Shown here: positions 28,795 through 38,277 of the stretch, in pieces
How the letters are laid out: every line of letters starts with the position of its first letter
Position numbering within the stretch: the stretch's first letter is position 1
DNA from: a bacterium
GTDB taxonomy: Bacteria; Patescibacteriota; Microgenomatia; Curtissbacterales; GWA2-41-24
Length of the DNA: 64,000 bases
Assembly (NCBI GenBank): GCA_021813125.1
Contig: JAKALT010000002.1
Location: 11,424-75,423 of the forward strand
Reading direction: 5' to 3'
Notes under the pieces: generated by a model
What the model was told of the DNA's origin: nothing
What the model saw: only the letters and a program-made list of their open reading frames with translations
Database searches by the model: none
Translations under genes and position numbers: made by a program

Positions 28795-30052
28795 CTTTTT
28801 TTGTAGATTTTACTTTTGCGTTTATTAAACCGTCACGTAATTTTACCCCAATTGAGCTTTGCTGCTCAACGGCGGCAATTGTTTTTATTATTTGGCCATT
28901 TTGGTTGTAGGTAATGGAGTAACCTCTGTCGAGGGTATTTTGAGGAGAGAGGATTTGCAACGATTTATTAAGTGATGATTCATTGTTGTCTTTTGCTTGA
29001 ATTAAATAATAGATATTTTTAAACATTTGCTCCTTCAGGAGTGAAGTTTTCCCCTGGGCGTCGAAAAGTAAATGCTTCTTGTGTTTTTCCAAATAGCTTT
29101 CTGCTGTATTTAATCTGTGGGGCAAATCCCGAAAGGATACCTTTGCTTGACTGAGACGAAAATAAAATGAGTCTAATAATTGTTGACTTTCTGCAAACAA
29201 CCTTCTTAGTTTTGTGTTGAGATAAAACTCGACGTTTTCTAATTTTTCTTCAAGATTTATATAAGAGCTGACAATAATGTTTGCAGCGTCCGTAGGGGTC
29301 GATGCCCTGACGTCTGCTGCCAACTCCGCAAGGGTGACATTTATCTCGTGGCCGATTGCTACAACTGTTGGAGTTTTCATTTTTGCAATAGTTCTAACAA
29401 CAGATTCATCGTTAAAGACTTCAATTAAAGATTCTTCCTGGCCACCTCCTCGGGTAATAACAATAACGTCAAAACCTTTTTCGTCTGCGCGAGGCAACCG
29501 GTTTACAATTTGACTAATAGCCTTTCGGCCGCCAACTGTTATATCCATTGTGAAAAGCTCAATAAGGGGAAACTTATCAACGCTCATTGTCTTAAAATCG
29601 TGCCAGCCTGCCGAACCCATCGATGTTATTACACAAATTTTTTTTGGATACTTGGGAAGCTTTTGCTTTTTGCTTTCATCAAAAAGGCCTTCTTTTGAGA
29701 GTTTTTCATAAAGTTTTTGAAATTCCTGCTGCAGCACTCCGCCACCAGTGAGTTTTACTACGGCAATCTTAAATTTATATTCGTTTTTTTTAAATAGAGT
29801 TAAATTTCCGTAGGCTAATATTTTGTCGCCAACTTTCATTTCTGGCAGGTTGGCAAATCTAGTTGATTCTATAAAGCAGGGAAGGGTGCTATTTTCGTCT
29901 TTTAGAGTGATAAACGCATTGAACCATTTCGGGTCTTTTTGCACGGCAGATATTTCGCCTTCAACCCAAAAGATCATCTCCTCCAAAAGGAGCTTTGCAG
30001 ACTGATTAACCTCTGCAATTGAATAAATTTGGTTACCCTCTTGTATTTTCAT
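28787..30052 (-). CDS. xseA: Exodeoxyribonuclease VII large subunit
   Basis: WVEGEIS, RGGG, AIGHE, RASTPT. Confidence 0.94.
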   Translation of the reverse strand: MKIQEGNQIYSIAEVNQSAKLLLEEMIFWVEGEISAVQKDPKWFNAFITLKDENSTLPCFIESTRFANLPEMKVGDKILAYGNLTLFKKNEYKFKIAVVKLTGGGVLQQEFQKLYEKLSKEGLFDESKKQKLPKYPKKICVITSMGSAGWHDFKTMSVDKFPLIELFTMDITVGGRKAISQIVNRLPRADEKGFDVIVITRGGGQEESLIEVFNDESVVRTIAKMKTPTVVAIGHEINVTLAELAADVRASTPTDAANIIVSSYINLEEKLENVEFYLNTKLRRLFAESQQLLDSFYFRLSQAKVSFRDLPHRLNTAESYLEKHKKHLLFDAQGKTSLLKEQMFKNIYYLIQAKDNNESSLNKSLQILSPQNTLDRGYSITYNQNGQIIKTIAAVEQQSSIGVKLRDGLINAKVKSTKKDG

Positions 30053-30090
30053 GCATCAGCAAGTATAGCATTTAGCTTTATTTTGCTCCC

Positions 30091-30119
30091 TTGACAGCAT
30101 TGTTTTCAGGATGTATAAA
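30091..30119 (+). promoter_or_regulatory. Near-consensus sigma70 promoter with no downstream + strand CDS
   Basis: TTGACA-17-TATAAA. Confidence 0.7.
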
Positions 30120-30124
30120 ATGTG

Positions 30125-30180
30125 TGCTTATCGCAAGATAGGCAACTCGAAAGGGCTTCTCGCAAGAGAGGCCTTTTCTT
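30125..30180 (+). ncRNA. Candidate small RNA with two GCAA-tetraloop hairpins
   Basis: TGCTTATC-GCAA-GATAGGCA and GAAAGGGCTTCTC-GCAA-GAGAGGCCTTTTC; the G-U pairs form only on the + strand. Confidence 0.5.
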
Positions 30181-30184
30181 ATAT

Positions 30185-30856
30185 CTAAAAGTATTTCAGG
30201 CTAGAAATCATTTCTTCTAACACTTTTTCCGCTCCGGTAACATCTTCATTTGGGTTTAACTGCTGGTAATAGATAACAAGCGGCATTCTGCCATCGAAAA
30301 TTAGGTAGCTTCTTTTTACAAGCCCCAGGGGAACAAATCCGTTGCCAGTTGAGGTCGTGTCGATTATTTCAGTAGATCTTCCATTTATTTCCAAATTTTT
30401 TGTTGTTAAAACGTTTTGATAATCGTTTGGGTTCTCATAAAGCTTAACCGTTGCTTGCCAGTCTGCTGATGCAACGGGTACTACTGAAATAGGAACAATA
30501 TCATGTTCCAAATAGCCCGGCACAACAAACGAAAATGGTGCAAAAAAAGTGCACTCCTGATATTTGTTGTTATACGTAGTAAACCAATCTTTAGGATAAG
30601 AAATCTGGAAAGAGTAGGTCGTATTTGAGCAAAAATTCACGCTTGACGGAATAACAGATCCGCTCTGGGTATCGGTATAGGGTTGCGGTTTTTCAATTTG
30701 ATTACCGCTATCTATTTCTGTTCTGACTCCCTTTACCAGCGGAACATTTTTTGCGGACGAATATTTACCCAACATAAAAGCTGTCAAGCCATAGACACTA
30801 ATAACTCCAACAATAAGCGTTGCTTTTATGAGTGATTTAAATTTTTTTAACGTCAA
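30185..30856 (-). CDS. Membrane-anchored hypothetical protein (PsbP-like)
   Basis: N-terminal TM; YSFQISYPKDW; C-terminal EEMISSLKY. Confidence 0.7.
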   Translation of the reverse strand: MTLKKFKSLIKATLIVGVISVYGLTAFMLGKYSSAKNVPLVKGVRTEIDSGNQIEKPQPYTDTQSGSVIPSSVNFCSNTTYSFQISYPKDWFTTYNNKYQECTFFAPFSFVVPGYLEHDIVPISVVPVASADWQATVKLYENPNDYQNVLTTKNLEINGRSTEIIDTTSTGNGFVPLGLVKRSYLIFDGRMPLVIYYQQLNPNEDVTGAEKVLEEMISSLKYF

Positions 30857-30913
30857 CCAACGATCCTTTCTGAAAGGAACTTTAGCTGCCCCATCATTAA
30901 GAAGGCTAAAGCC

Positions 30914-31162
30914 TTACTGTTGAGGAGTTTGTTCAGGTGCAGGTACTTCTGTTGGTAATCCCGGATCGCCTGCTGGCGGTGGGACAGGAAGACCTTGATC
31001 TGCATCTGATGGTGGTGCCGGAGGAACATCCATTCCACCCTCAGCTGGTTCTTCCGGAGCCGGAGTTGGTGTTGGTTCCGGAGCCGGAGGAGTTTGCGTT
31101 TGGCCGCCATCACCATCTGCCGGTGGCATAGGGTTTTGGCTGTTTTGGTCGTTAGGATCCAT
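30914..31162 (-). CDS. Pro/acidic low-complexity protein, 82 aa
   Basis: TAGAAT -10 and AAGGAGG SD upstream; PAPE-type repeats. Confidence 0.7.
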   Translation of the reverse strand: MDPNDQNSQNPMPPADGDGGQTQTPPAPEPTPTPAPEEPAEGGMDVPPAPPSDADQGLPVPPPAGDPGLPTEVPAPEQTPQQ

Positions 31163-31224
31163 AAATTTAGCCTCCTTTATACAATTCTAACAAATTAGAT
31201 AGGTTAGTTGTAAAGGACTAAATT

Positions 31225-32271
31225 TCAACTTGTCATAAATGTTGATCTAAAATATTTCATAAGTGGCTGTATTGGACCCTTAGCACCTTCAAACTTGACA
31301 CTTTCGTCTTTGATTCTCGACTCAAGCGAATTAGCTTGAAATCTAACGGAAGCAAATCTGTCCAAGTTTTCATTGAGAACAAGAAGCTTTTCCTTTTCTG
31401 CAAGTAGATTTGCCGCGATTTCACTGTTTTTAGTTTTTGCATTTATGAGTTTTTGGTAAGCCTGCTCCAAGGGTTCAGCCTCGTCCGGCTTTTGTTCCTG
31501 TTTTAGCTTAAGGGTTGACGTTATGTCCGATGAAAGATTCACAAAGAGCTCAAGGTAGGCTACCTCGTCGTTATAGTAATCTTTAAAATCCGGTTGAGGA
31601 GAAAGCCTGGCAATATTTGTTAATGCATTCTGCGCTTTCGCTTTTTTATCTTCATAATAAGCCAATACTTTTTGAGGATCTTTAGACTTCCAAACCGAAT
31701 CGTCCGATAGGATCGGTAAATAGAAATCCGAACCCAGTGCAAGCAGCATATCTTTAAAAAACTGATGGTTTTTTTCTGTTTGTCCCAATAATTCTTCCGA
31801 CTGGCTGTAGTAGTTAATTAAGTCACGCGTCAGATTTTGAAATACAGGCGGGACGGCCTCTTTTTGCAGCATACTTTTCTGAAACTGGACGTTTTGTTTT
31901 GTAAGACGTATTTTCTCAAGAAGTTTTTGTTTGTCCGCAAGGTCTACGAAGAAGCCTTCTTGCGCATTCTGGTTGTTTTGTAAATTGTCGATGACTGACA
32001 CTTTCTCTCCCGCAACTTGAAAAGTACTAAGAACGTCATTCAGTGACTGTTTGGTAGATATAAAGCCAACCGATGTTGTTTGAATAAAGTCGGCAGCGGC
32101 TATTTGAGGTTGTATGGTTTTTGTGTAGTAAAAAAATGCGGCACTTAGCAGGCCTGTTATGGTAAACATACCGATAAATGTTGCCAGAACCAGGCTCCTT
32201 ACAACTTTTTTTTGGGTAGTATTAGGACCGCTGAGGAAATCAAGATACTCTCTATATGACAATTGCGGCAT
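31225..32271 (-). CDS. Hypothetical protein, single TM plus helical domain
   Basis: 348-aa ORF with an N-terminal TM. Confidence 0.75.
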   Translation of the reverse strand: MPQLSYREYLDFLSGPNTTQKKVVRSLVLATFIGMFTITGLLSAAFFYYTKTIQPQIAAADFIQTTSVGFISTKQSLNDVLSTFQVAGEKVSVIDNLQNNQNAQEGFFVDLADKQKLLEKIRLTKQNVQFQKSMLQKEAVPPVFQNLTRDLINYYSQSEELLGQTEKNHQFFKDMLLALGSDFYLPILSDDSVWKSKDPQKVLAYYEDKKAKAQNALTNIARLSPQPDFKDYYNDEVAYLELFVNLSSDITSTLKLKQEQKPDEAEPLEQAYQKLINAKTKNSEIAANLLAEKEKLLVLNENLDRFASVRFQANSLESRIKDESVKFEGAKGPIQPLMKYFRSTFMTS

Positions 32272-32297
32272 GCCTTTAACTTTATTCTAAGTCAAAG

Positions 32298-32948
32298 TTA
32301 TCTTCTTTGCCACACAAAATATACTGCTGTTAAAAAGCCGACAAGAAAACCCCCTGCGTGAGCTGAATAGGCTATACCGTCAAACGTACCAGTTTGAGCT
32401 ATAGACGAAAAGCTTGAAAATGCCTGAATTAAGAACCAGTAAATCAGCATGAATACGGCCGGAACGCCAATAATTAAGGGCAAAAAGAAAACGGGTATTA
32501 ATGTATCAACTTTGTTGCGCGGGAAAAACTTTAAATAAGCGCCTAAAATTCCGGCTATTGCGCCTGATGCTCCGATCATGGGAAGGTTTGAGCTTGTTAT
32601 AAAAACGTATTGAATTAACGCTGCAAAAATGCCGCAGAAGAGGTAAAAAATTAAATATTTAATGTGTCCGATTTTGGCTTCAACGTTGTCCCCAAAAATC
32701 CACAAAAACCACATGTTTGAGATTATGTGCAAAAATCCTGCATGCAAAAACATCGATGTGACAAACGGTGATAAAGTATTTATGTCTGCAAAGTTGATAT
32801 TTGCCGGAATTAGTGCGTACTTTGCTATAAAACCCTCTAAACTTGCGCTTGTCAGCTCAAGATAAAAAACGTAGATATTTGCAGTTATTATGACCAGATT
32901 TACGAACGGAAATTTATTGGAATTTTTGGTATCTCTAATTGGAAACAT
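32298..32948 (-). CDS. Rhomboid intramembrane serine protease
   Basis: HIISNM, GASG, AHAGG; probable start MFPIRD. Confidence 0.93.
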   Translation of the reverse strand: MFPIRDTKNSNKFPFVNLVIITANIYVFYLELTSASLEGFIAKYALIPANINFADINTLSPFVTSMFLHAGFLHIISNMWFLWIFGDNVEAKIGHIKYLIFYLFCGIFAALIQYVFITSSNLPMIGASGAIAGILGAYLKFFPRNKVDTLIPVFFLPLIIGVPAVFMLIYWFLIQAFSSFSSIAQTGTFDGIAYSAHAGGFLVGFLTAVYFVWQRR

Positions 32949-33040
32949 GCTTCTGTAATAAGTTAGGATACTAGGAACCTTTGTTTTTGACAAATGAATG
33001 TTTGATTTTTTAAAAAAGTGATATTATAATTGCGGCCAAG

Positions 33041-33289
33041 ATGGCTAATCCTGAAGTTCCTGGTCCAGATTCAGCTGAACTGCGAAAATTGACTGACGAA
33101 GAGTTTGTAGAAAGAGAATGTGGGCCCGGATGGCACAAACAGCCTGGGGCAATGTATATACATGGCCGAAATGCTGACGTCGAAGTAACATTTTGGTCAA
33201 GAGAAGGCAGCAGGCAAGTTCGTATGCTCACAAAGGGTTTGCCAAAAGGTTCCGTTCCTCGTGAAGAGTTTGCTTTCCTAAGATCTTAA
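33041..33289 (+). CDS. Hypothetical protein
   Basis: TATAAT ~10 nt upstream of ATG; fills the intergenic space. Confidence 0.55.
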   Translation: MANPEVPGPDSAELRKLTDEEFVERECGPGWHKQPGAMYIHGRNADVEVTFWSREGSRQVRMLTKGLPKGSVPREEFAFLRS

Positions 33290-33336
33290 TCTCTGAACAT
33301 TCTATTCTTTATGCACTGATTTGGTTTATACCAATA

Positions 33337-33365
33337 TTGACATTCGGGTTTTATTTGGGTATAAA
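33337..33365 (+). promoter_or_regulatory. SOS promoter TTGACA-[LexA box 33343-33358]-TATAAA
   Basis: The 17-bp spacer is almost entirely TTCGGGTTTTATTTGG. Confidence 0.85.
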
Positions 33366-33371
33366 GGAGGT

Positions 33372-33614
33372 ATGGATACTGATGTTGATGACAGGGTAAA
33401 AGTTTGGGCTTTTTTCGATTCCAGTATATTTCCTATTGCCATGAATTGGCGAAGACGCTATATAAAATTTGAGAGGGTGATTTTGACAACAGTAAAGAAG
33501 GTTGGGGGCGTTCGGCTGGTTGATTTTGTTTGTGCAGGGGAAGGTGCTAATTACAAGATTGAATACAATACTTCCGATTATTCATGGAAGGTAAAAAGGG
33601 TGATGGATAAGTAA
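33372..33614 (+). CDS. Small beta-rich protein upstream of dinB (DUF6504-like, tentative)
   Basis: ATG 6 nt after the -10; PIAMNWRRRY...YKIEYN...WKVKRV pattern. Confidence 0.7.
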   Translation: MDTDVDDRVKVWAFFDSSIFPIAMNWRRRYIKFERVILTTVKKVGGVRLVDFVCAGEGANYKIEYNTSDYSWKVKRVMDK

Positions 33615-33696
33615 ACGTCTATGGCTAATCGATTATAAGAGAGCTTGTTTCTCGCTAACTCGAGATAGACAATCGATAACAAAAAACCCTTAGCTT

Positions 33697-33745
33697 AAGG
33701 CCAGACCTTTTGCGGACGTAACATCTGGACTTAAGGTCTGGCCTT
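33697..33745. repeat. REP-like palindrome pair AAGGCCAGACCTT / AAGGTCTGGCCTT
   Basis: Exact 13-bp inverted pair; related pairs at 50390 and 58991. Confidence 0.75.
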
Positions 33746-33772
33746 TTTGCCTTGTCGCTTGTTAGGTGTTAC

Positions 33773-35071
33773 ATGTCAAATGTTAATAGTCGAATTATCA
33801 TCCACGCCGATTTAAACAGTTTTTTTGCAACCGCCGAACAGCAGGCAAATCCCGCTTTGCGCACTAAGCCCGTAGGTGTAGTTAAAGCCCGTGGTAGGAG
33901 TTGCATTATCGCAGCTTCGGTGGAAGCTAAAAAATATGGGGTGGGCACGGGAAGCCGTACATATGATGCCAAAAAACTTTGCCCCGATATTATTCTGGTC
34001 CCTGCGGATTTTGCAAAGTATGAGTATATAAGCCGCAGGTTTATCGAAATTTGCGCAAGCTATTCCCCGCTTTGTGAAGCTTTTTCGCTCGATGAGTGTT
34101 TTATAGATGTTACCGAAACTGAAAAATTTTGGGGCAATGCTTTTAATATTGCTTTTGATATTAAAGAGAGACTAAGAAAGGAAGTTGGCGACTATATGAC
34201 TTGTTCCGTCGGAATTTCCCACAACAGATTACTTGCAAAATTGGCTTCGGAGCAGATTAAGCCTGACGGGCTTTTCTGGATAACAGAAGATAACATGCTT
34301 GAGGTTTTGGACAGGTCGAAACTGACTGATGTTTGCGGCTTAGGATTCGGGCTTTGGCGTCGTTTGGCTTTACTTGGGATTGACTCCTTTTCCGATTTGC
34401 GGGCTTGTAAGATAGAGTTTCTCTACAAACACTTCGGGCCCTTTTGGTCGGTTCACCTTTACAATACAGCCCGAGGTATAGATGAGTCTGCGGTCGTGCC
34501 GATTGAAAAAATACCGCAAGCCAAATCGGTTGGCAGAACGTATACAACACATCGCTTACTGAACAACAAGCTTGAGATTTATAAAGTACTGCGCAATTTA
34601 TGTGAAGAGGCAGCCGAAAAAGCCAGGGCAATGAAACTTTGCGGGCGATATGTAGCATTTTGTCTTCGGACTTCGCCAAGATCTTGGTCTGCCAAAGATC
34701 AAAACAGCGGTGAAGCCAGGTCGTGGTATGGACATAAAACATTGGCAAGATACATTGACAGCGGCCGGGAACTTTTTGGCGTTTGCCAGCAAATTGGTGC
34801 GGAGTGGCAGTTAAAAGACGTGATTTTTTGCGGTGTTACTCTTGGAATGCTTACCCGAAGCGACTGGCAAACTATTCCAATTTTTAAAGCAGACAGAAAA
34901 CGTGCGTGTTTGACCTCATCAGTAGATTTTATTAACAAACGCTACGGCAATTACACGGTTTTTCCGGGACAGCTCTTGGGAATGCCTATTGTGATGCCGG
35001 AAGTGACTGGTTTTTTTGGGGACCGCAAATACCGCCTGGCTGATTTTAAAGTGACTGACTCCCCCGTTTGA
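33773..35071 (+). CDS. dinB: Y-family DNA polymerase (DinB/PolY)
   Basis: HADLNSFFA, SLDECFID, LAKLAS...KPDG; C-terminal VDFINKRYG motif. Confidence 0.93.
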   Translation: MSNVNSRIIIHADLNSFFATAEQQANPALRTKPVGVVKARGRSCIIAASVEAKKYGVGTGSRTYDAKKLCPDIILVPADFAKYEYISRRFIEICASYSPLCEAFSLDECFIDVTETEKFWGNAFNIAFDIKERLRKEVGDYMTCSVGISHNRLLAKLASEQIKPDGLFWITEDNMLEVLDRSKLTDVCGLGFGLWRRLALLGIDSFSDLRACKIEFLYKHFGPFWSVHLYNTARGIDESAVVPIEKIPQAKSVGRTYTTHRLLNNKLEIYKVLRNLCEEAAEKARAMKLCGRYVAFCLRTSPRSWSAKDQNSGEARSWYGHKTLARYIDSGRELFGVCQQIGAEWQLKDVIFCGVTLGMLTRSDWQTIPIFKADRKRACLTSSVDFINKRYGNYTVFPGQLLGMPIVMPEVTGFFGDRKYRLADFKVTDSPV

Positions 35072-35203
35072 CATTTTTGTGAATTTGAGCAAATAATAGG
35101 TTGAGGTCAACAAACTGATTCATTGAATTAGGGCAGTTGGCTTATAATGTTTGTGTTTCGGCTTAATAAGTGCTATAATTTAGGTTTCTAAGACGAGGTT
35201 TGT

Positions 35204-35596
35204 ATGGTTGTAGAGGCGGTTGAAAGAAGATTAATAGGTGCAGGCAAGGCTGAAGTTGAAGCCGGCCAGGTTGTATTTAATCCTGAACACCGCGAAGATA
35301 ATTTAGAAAGGCTAATTAAACAGCTTGGTGTCAGGTTTGTAAATTTAGATGACCCGGATTATTCTTTCCCACTTTCGAATTTAAGCCTTCCCCAAGATGC
35401 AAAGATGGCTCTTCAGAATGTTGGGTCTCAAATCAGGAGAATTGAAAATTTTAAACGAAGCGTTAGCAGGCGAGAGGTTGAAGTAGCACATCAAGGTCTT
35501 CGTCGTTATATGATTCTGAAAATGCCGCTAATCCGGCCTTACTTATCTAGGGTCTTGGCATATAATTTAGAGGGCGCAGAATATGCTGCGGCTTAA
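35204..35596 (+). CDS. Hypothetical protein
   Basis: 130-aa ORF with TGnTATAAT and GAGG upstream. Confidence 0.65.
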   Translation: MVVEAVERRLIGAGKAEVEAGQVVFNPEHREDNLERLIKQLGVRFVNLDDPDYSFPLSNLSLPQDAKMALQNVGSQIRRIENFKRSVSRREVEVAHQGLRRYMILKMPLIRPYLSRVLAYNLEGAEYAAA

Positions 35597-35613
35597 TTGG
35601 CAATAGTCTTGTC

Positions 35614-37104
35614 TCAGATTGATTTTTTCAATTTTAGTTTGTACCAGATAAAGTTTTCATCTTCGTAGCGTAAGTATTTGTCGTCTAATATTTGCTTTGC
35701 CTTTTGATCTAGCGGGTCGTGATCTTTTGGGCGTATTACCAAAAAATATAATGAGTCAAAATTGCGAGGTAGGCTTTCGCCATAAGCAATGTTTCTGTCT
35801 GCATAATAGCCTATAAATACCTCCTGGAATTCTTTATAGGAATTTGAGGTTATGAAGCTAACTGCACTGGATGGGGATTCCTTATTTATCAGCCTGCCTG
35901 CCAGAAAACCTCTTTTATTGGTATCTGTTGCAATCAGAGCTTTTGTAAATTTTAACTGGCTTAAAAATGCAAAATTTAAAATAGCGATTAATACAACCGG
36001 AAAGACTAGTGACTTTTGGAATCTTGCTAAAATTTTGAACGTAATATAAGAAAACGCCAAAACCATAAATGGCGAAAGATAGTAGATCATAAAATCGTGA
36101 ATAAAAGAAAGTTGGGAAAACACAACAAGCTGCAAAAGCCCGTAAACTAACAACGATAATATTGATGCCTCGGCAAAATTAAATTTTTGCTTTCTGAATA
36201 TGAAGCGACAGGCTAAGTAAAAAAGGAAACCAACTGCAGCTATAAAAACAGGCGGCGTATAGTAAACTTTTGCGAGAAGAATTTCTTGTTTGAGATATTT
36301 TATAAGCGTAAACCCATATAAGTCAGAGGTTAAATAAGGGTTTATTCTCGACAAAACGTTGCTAAAAACGTCACCCGTTAATCCCCTTTGGAGCAAACGG
36401 ACATGAACAAGCTGAATGGCAAACGTAATTAAAGAAATAGGAATTAGAAGAAGTATTTTTTTCTTAAAGAAATTGGGTGTTTTGTATATAATTTGTAAAA
36501 ATAATAAAGCTACAACAAGATAATAAGCACTCCAATTGATTAGGCCTCCAAAAATAATTGCGGCAATTAAAAGTAAATAGTACTTACTGTCTTTAGTTTT
36601 AAAATACCGTAGGTACGCCCAAAAACCTGCCATGGAAACAGACGGCACAACAACATCATGTACTGGGAGCTTTCCAAAATAAGCAAATATTGGTGTTATA
36701 ACAAGGGCTAGTGAGGCATACAAGCCCATCAGAGGTGAATGTAATTCTCTGCCTATTTTATAAATTAAAAACAAGAGCAATAATGAAAAAAATACAATAG
36801 TTAAACGCGCTGATGATTCCGATTCACCTAAGAGGCGAAAGGACAAGCTAATCATTATTGGCAATCCTGGTGGGTAATGCGTAATGTATCCAAAATTTTC
36901 GGGCTTTTGGTAATCTACATTTAGTACCTGGCCGAATTTTGTAGTTAAAAACCCATAACGGTTATAGTTTCTTGCAACATTGCTATATTGAATGCCGATC
37001 CAATCGTGATGGCCCCAAAAAGGCTTATCGATTTTTATTGTTAGAAGCCAGAATGCGAATACCAAAACTAGTGAAACCAGAAGCAAACCTGGTAAGTTTT
37101 TCAT
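35614..37104 (-). CDS. GT-C (ArnT/PMT family 39-like) glycosyltransferase
   Basis: Multi-TM; YITHYPPG, GESESSARL. Confidence 0.82.
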   Translation of the reverse strand: MKNLPGLLLVSLVLVFAFWLLTIKIDKPFWGHHDWIGIQYSNVARNYNRYGFLTTKFGQVLNVDYQKPENFGYITHYPPGLPIMISLSFRLLGESESSARLTIVFFSLLLLFLIYKIGRELHSPLMGLYASLALVITPIFAYFGKLPVHDVVVPSVSMAGFWAYLRYFKTKDSKYYLLLIAAIIFGGLINWSAYYLVVALLFLQIIYKTPNFFKKKILLLIPISLITFAIQLVHVRLLQRGLTGDVFSNVLSRINPYLTSDLYGFTLIKYLKQEILLAKVYYTPPVFIAAVGFLFYLACRFIFRKQKFNFAEASILSLLVYGLLQLVVFSQLSFIHDFMIYYLSPFMVLAFSYITFKILARFQKSLVFPVVLIAILNFAFLSQLKFTKALIATDTNKRGFLAGRLINKESPSSAVSFITSNSYKEFQEVFIGYYADRNIAYGESLPRNFDSLYFLVIRPKDHDPLDQKAKQILDDKYLRYEDENFIWYKLKLKKSI

Positions 37105-38057
37105 TCGGTGAAGACTTGGGTTATCATTTCTCCATAAGCACCACCGTTTATGGCGCCCACTCCGATTTTATGAAACGCCGGATCCAAAATGTTTCGCCTG
37201 TGACCCTCACTTGCCATGAGGCCCTGGTGGGCCGTTTGTAAATTTGGAGCCAGTGCAAGATTTTCCCCTGCATAAGTATAAGCTATACCTGCCTCGCTTA
37301 GGCGATCGCCAACATCCTTACCTTCCGGTGAATAATGGGAAAAATAACCGCGCGTGAACATATCCTTGCTATGGGCGCGCGCAACATCCGCCAGGGAGTT
37401 GTTCCACGCAAGCGGTGCAACACCTACTTTTGCTCTCTCACTATTTACCAGTTTTAGCATTTCCTGTTCGTCCGTGTAATTTACTGTCAGCTGGTCCTGT
37501 TTAAAATGTAAATCGACCGAACCTTTTTCTTCAGGATTGACAGTTAAAAAAGTCAGTCCTTGTTTTGTAATTGGCCCAAATACTTTGTCCAGAGGACGTT
37601 CCAGGGTCATGGCTTTGCCAATAAGAACTGAGCCAATTTTTGATTTAAAGATATCGTTTTTTATGTCCGGTCTTGCGGGAAGCGAAACAAAAAGAAGTAA
37701 TATAAATGAAATAAAAAGCAGGGCATTTATGATGGAGGGCAAAAAGCCTAAATACAGATTTAGCTTGTTAGCTTCAAATCTCTGCAGATACTTTAAGAGA
37801 AAACCGTTTAATACGGCAGAAAAAAGAATTTCGACTAGAACCCAAATTATTAAAAAGCCAACTGGCGCAGCTACAATTGGTGCCAAATTGAAGCCTTTGG
37901 TCAACAAGTTTCCTACAGATGAATAAAAAAGGAGAGCGGTAACGAGGGAAAGTGCGAATCCGAGAATATTTATCGCCTGGTTCAAAAATCCCTGGCCCTG
38001 GCCTTCGATTGCGAATGCCAAAAGCACTAAGATGATTACGAGGTCTATGCAGTTCAT
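37101..38057 (-). CDS. CvpA-like membrane domain fused to CAP/SCP domain
   Basis: Four N-terminal TMs; VNSERA, HSKDM, FSHYSP, GENLA, SEGHRRNIL. Confidence 0.88.
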   Translation of the reverse strand: MNCIDLVIILVLLAFAIEGQGQGFLNQAINILGFALSLVTALLFYSSVGNLLTKGFNLAPIVAAPVGFLIIWVLVEILFSAVLNGFLLKYLQRFEANKLNLYLGFLPSIINALLFISFILLLFVSLPARPDIKNDIFKSKIGSVLIGKAMTLERPLDKVFGPITKQGLTFLTVNPEEKGSVDLHFKQDQLTVNYTDEQEMLKLVNSERAKVGVAPLAWNNSLADVARAHSKDMFTRGYFSHYSPEGKDVGDRLSEAGIAYTYAGENLALAPNLQTAHQGLMASEGHRRNILDPAFHKIGVGAINGGAYGEMITQVFTE

Positions 38058-38144
38058 AATGTTTGCTCCTGTAATTTTACTCTTTGGTTTGGTTGATGAT
38101 CAATGTTACTTTGGATATAATATCAGTCACGATTATTCTCGTTT

Positions 38145-38216
38145 GGCCCGCTAGCTCAATGGTAGAGCAGTTGCCTTTTAAGCAATTGGTTACAGGTTCG
38201 AATCCTGTGCGGGTCA
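38145..38216 (+). tRNA. tRNA-Lys(TTT)
   Basis: Cloverleaf; anticodon loop CT-TTT-AA; TTCGAAT. Confidence 0.95.
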
Positions 38217-38277
38217 CAAATTGATAGTTTGATATGAAGATCTTGAAGCTAACGGCTAAGCAATTTTATATTTATTG

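Noticed and set aside
33321-33371. N-terminal extension of the 97-aa ORF in the track
   Set aside because: It spans the -35, LexA box and -10; the real start is most likely ATG 33372.
35068-35150. Possible sRNA after dinB (TTGACA plus two tiny hairpins)
   Set aside because: Weak -10, short stems with very small loops and no terminator; insufficient support.
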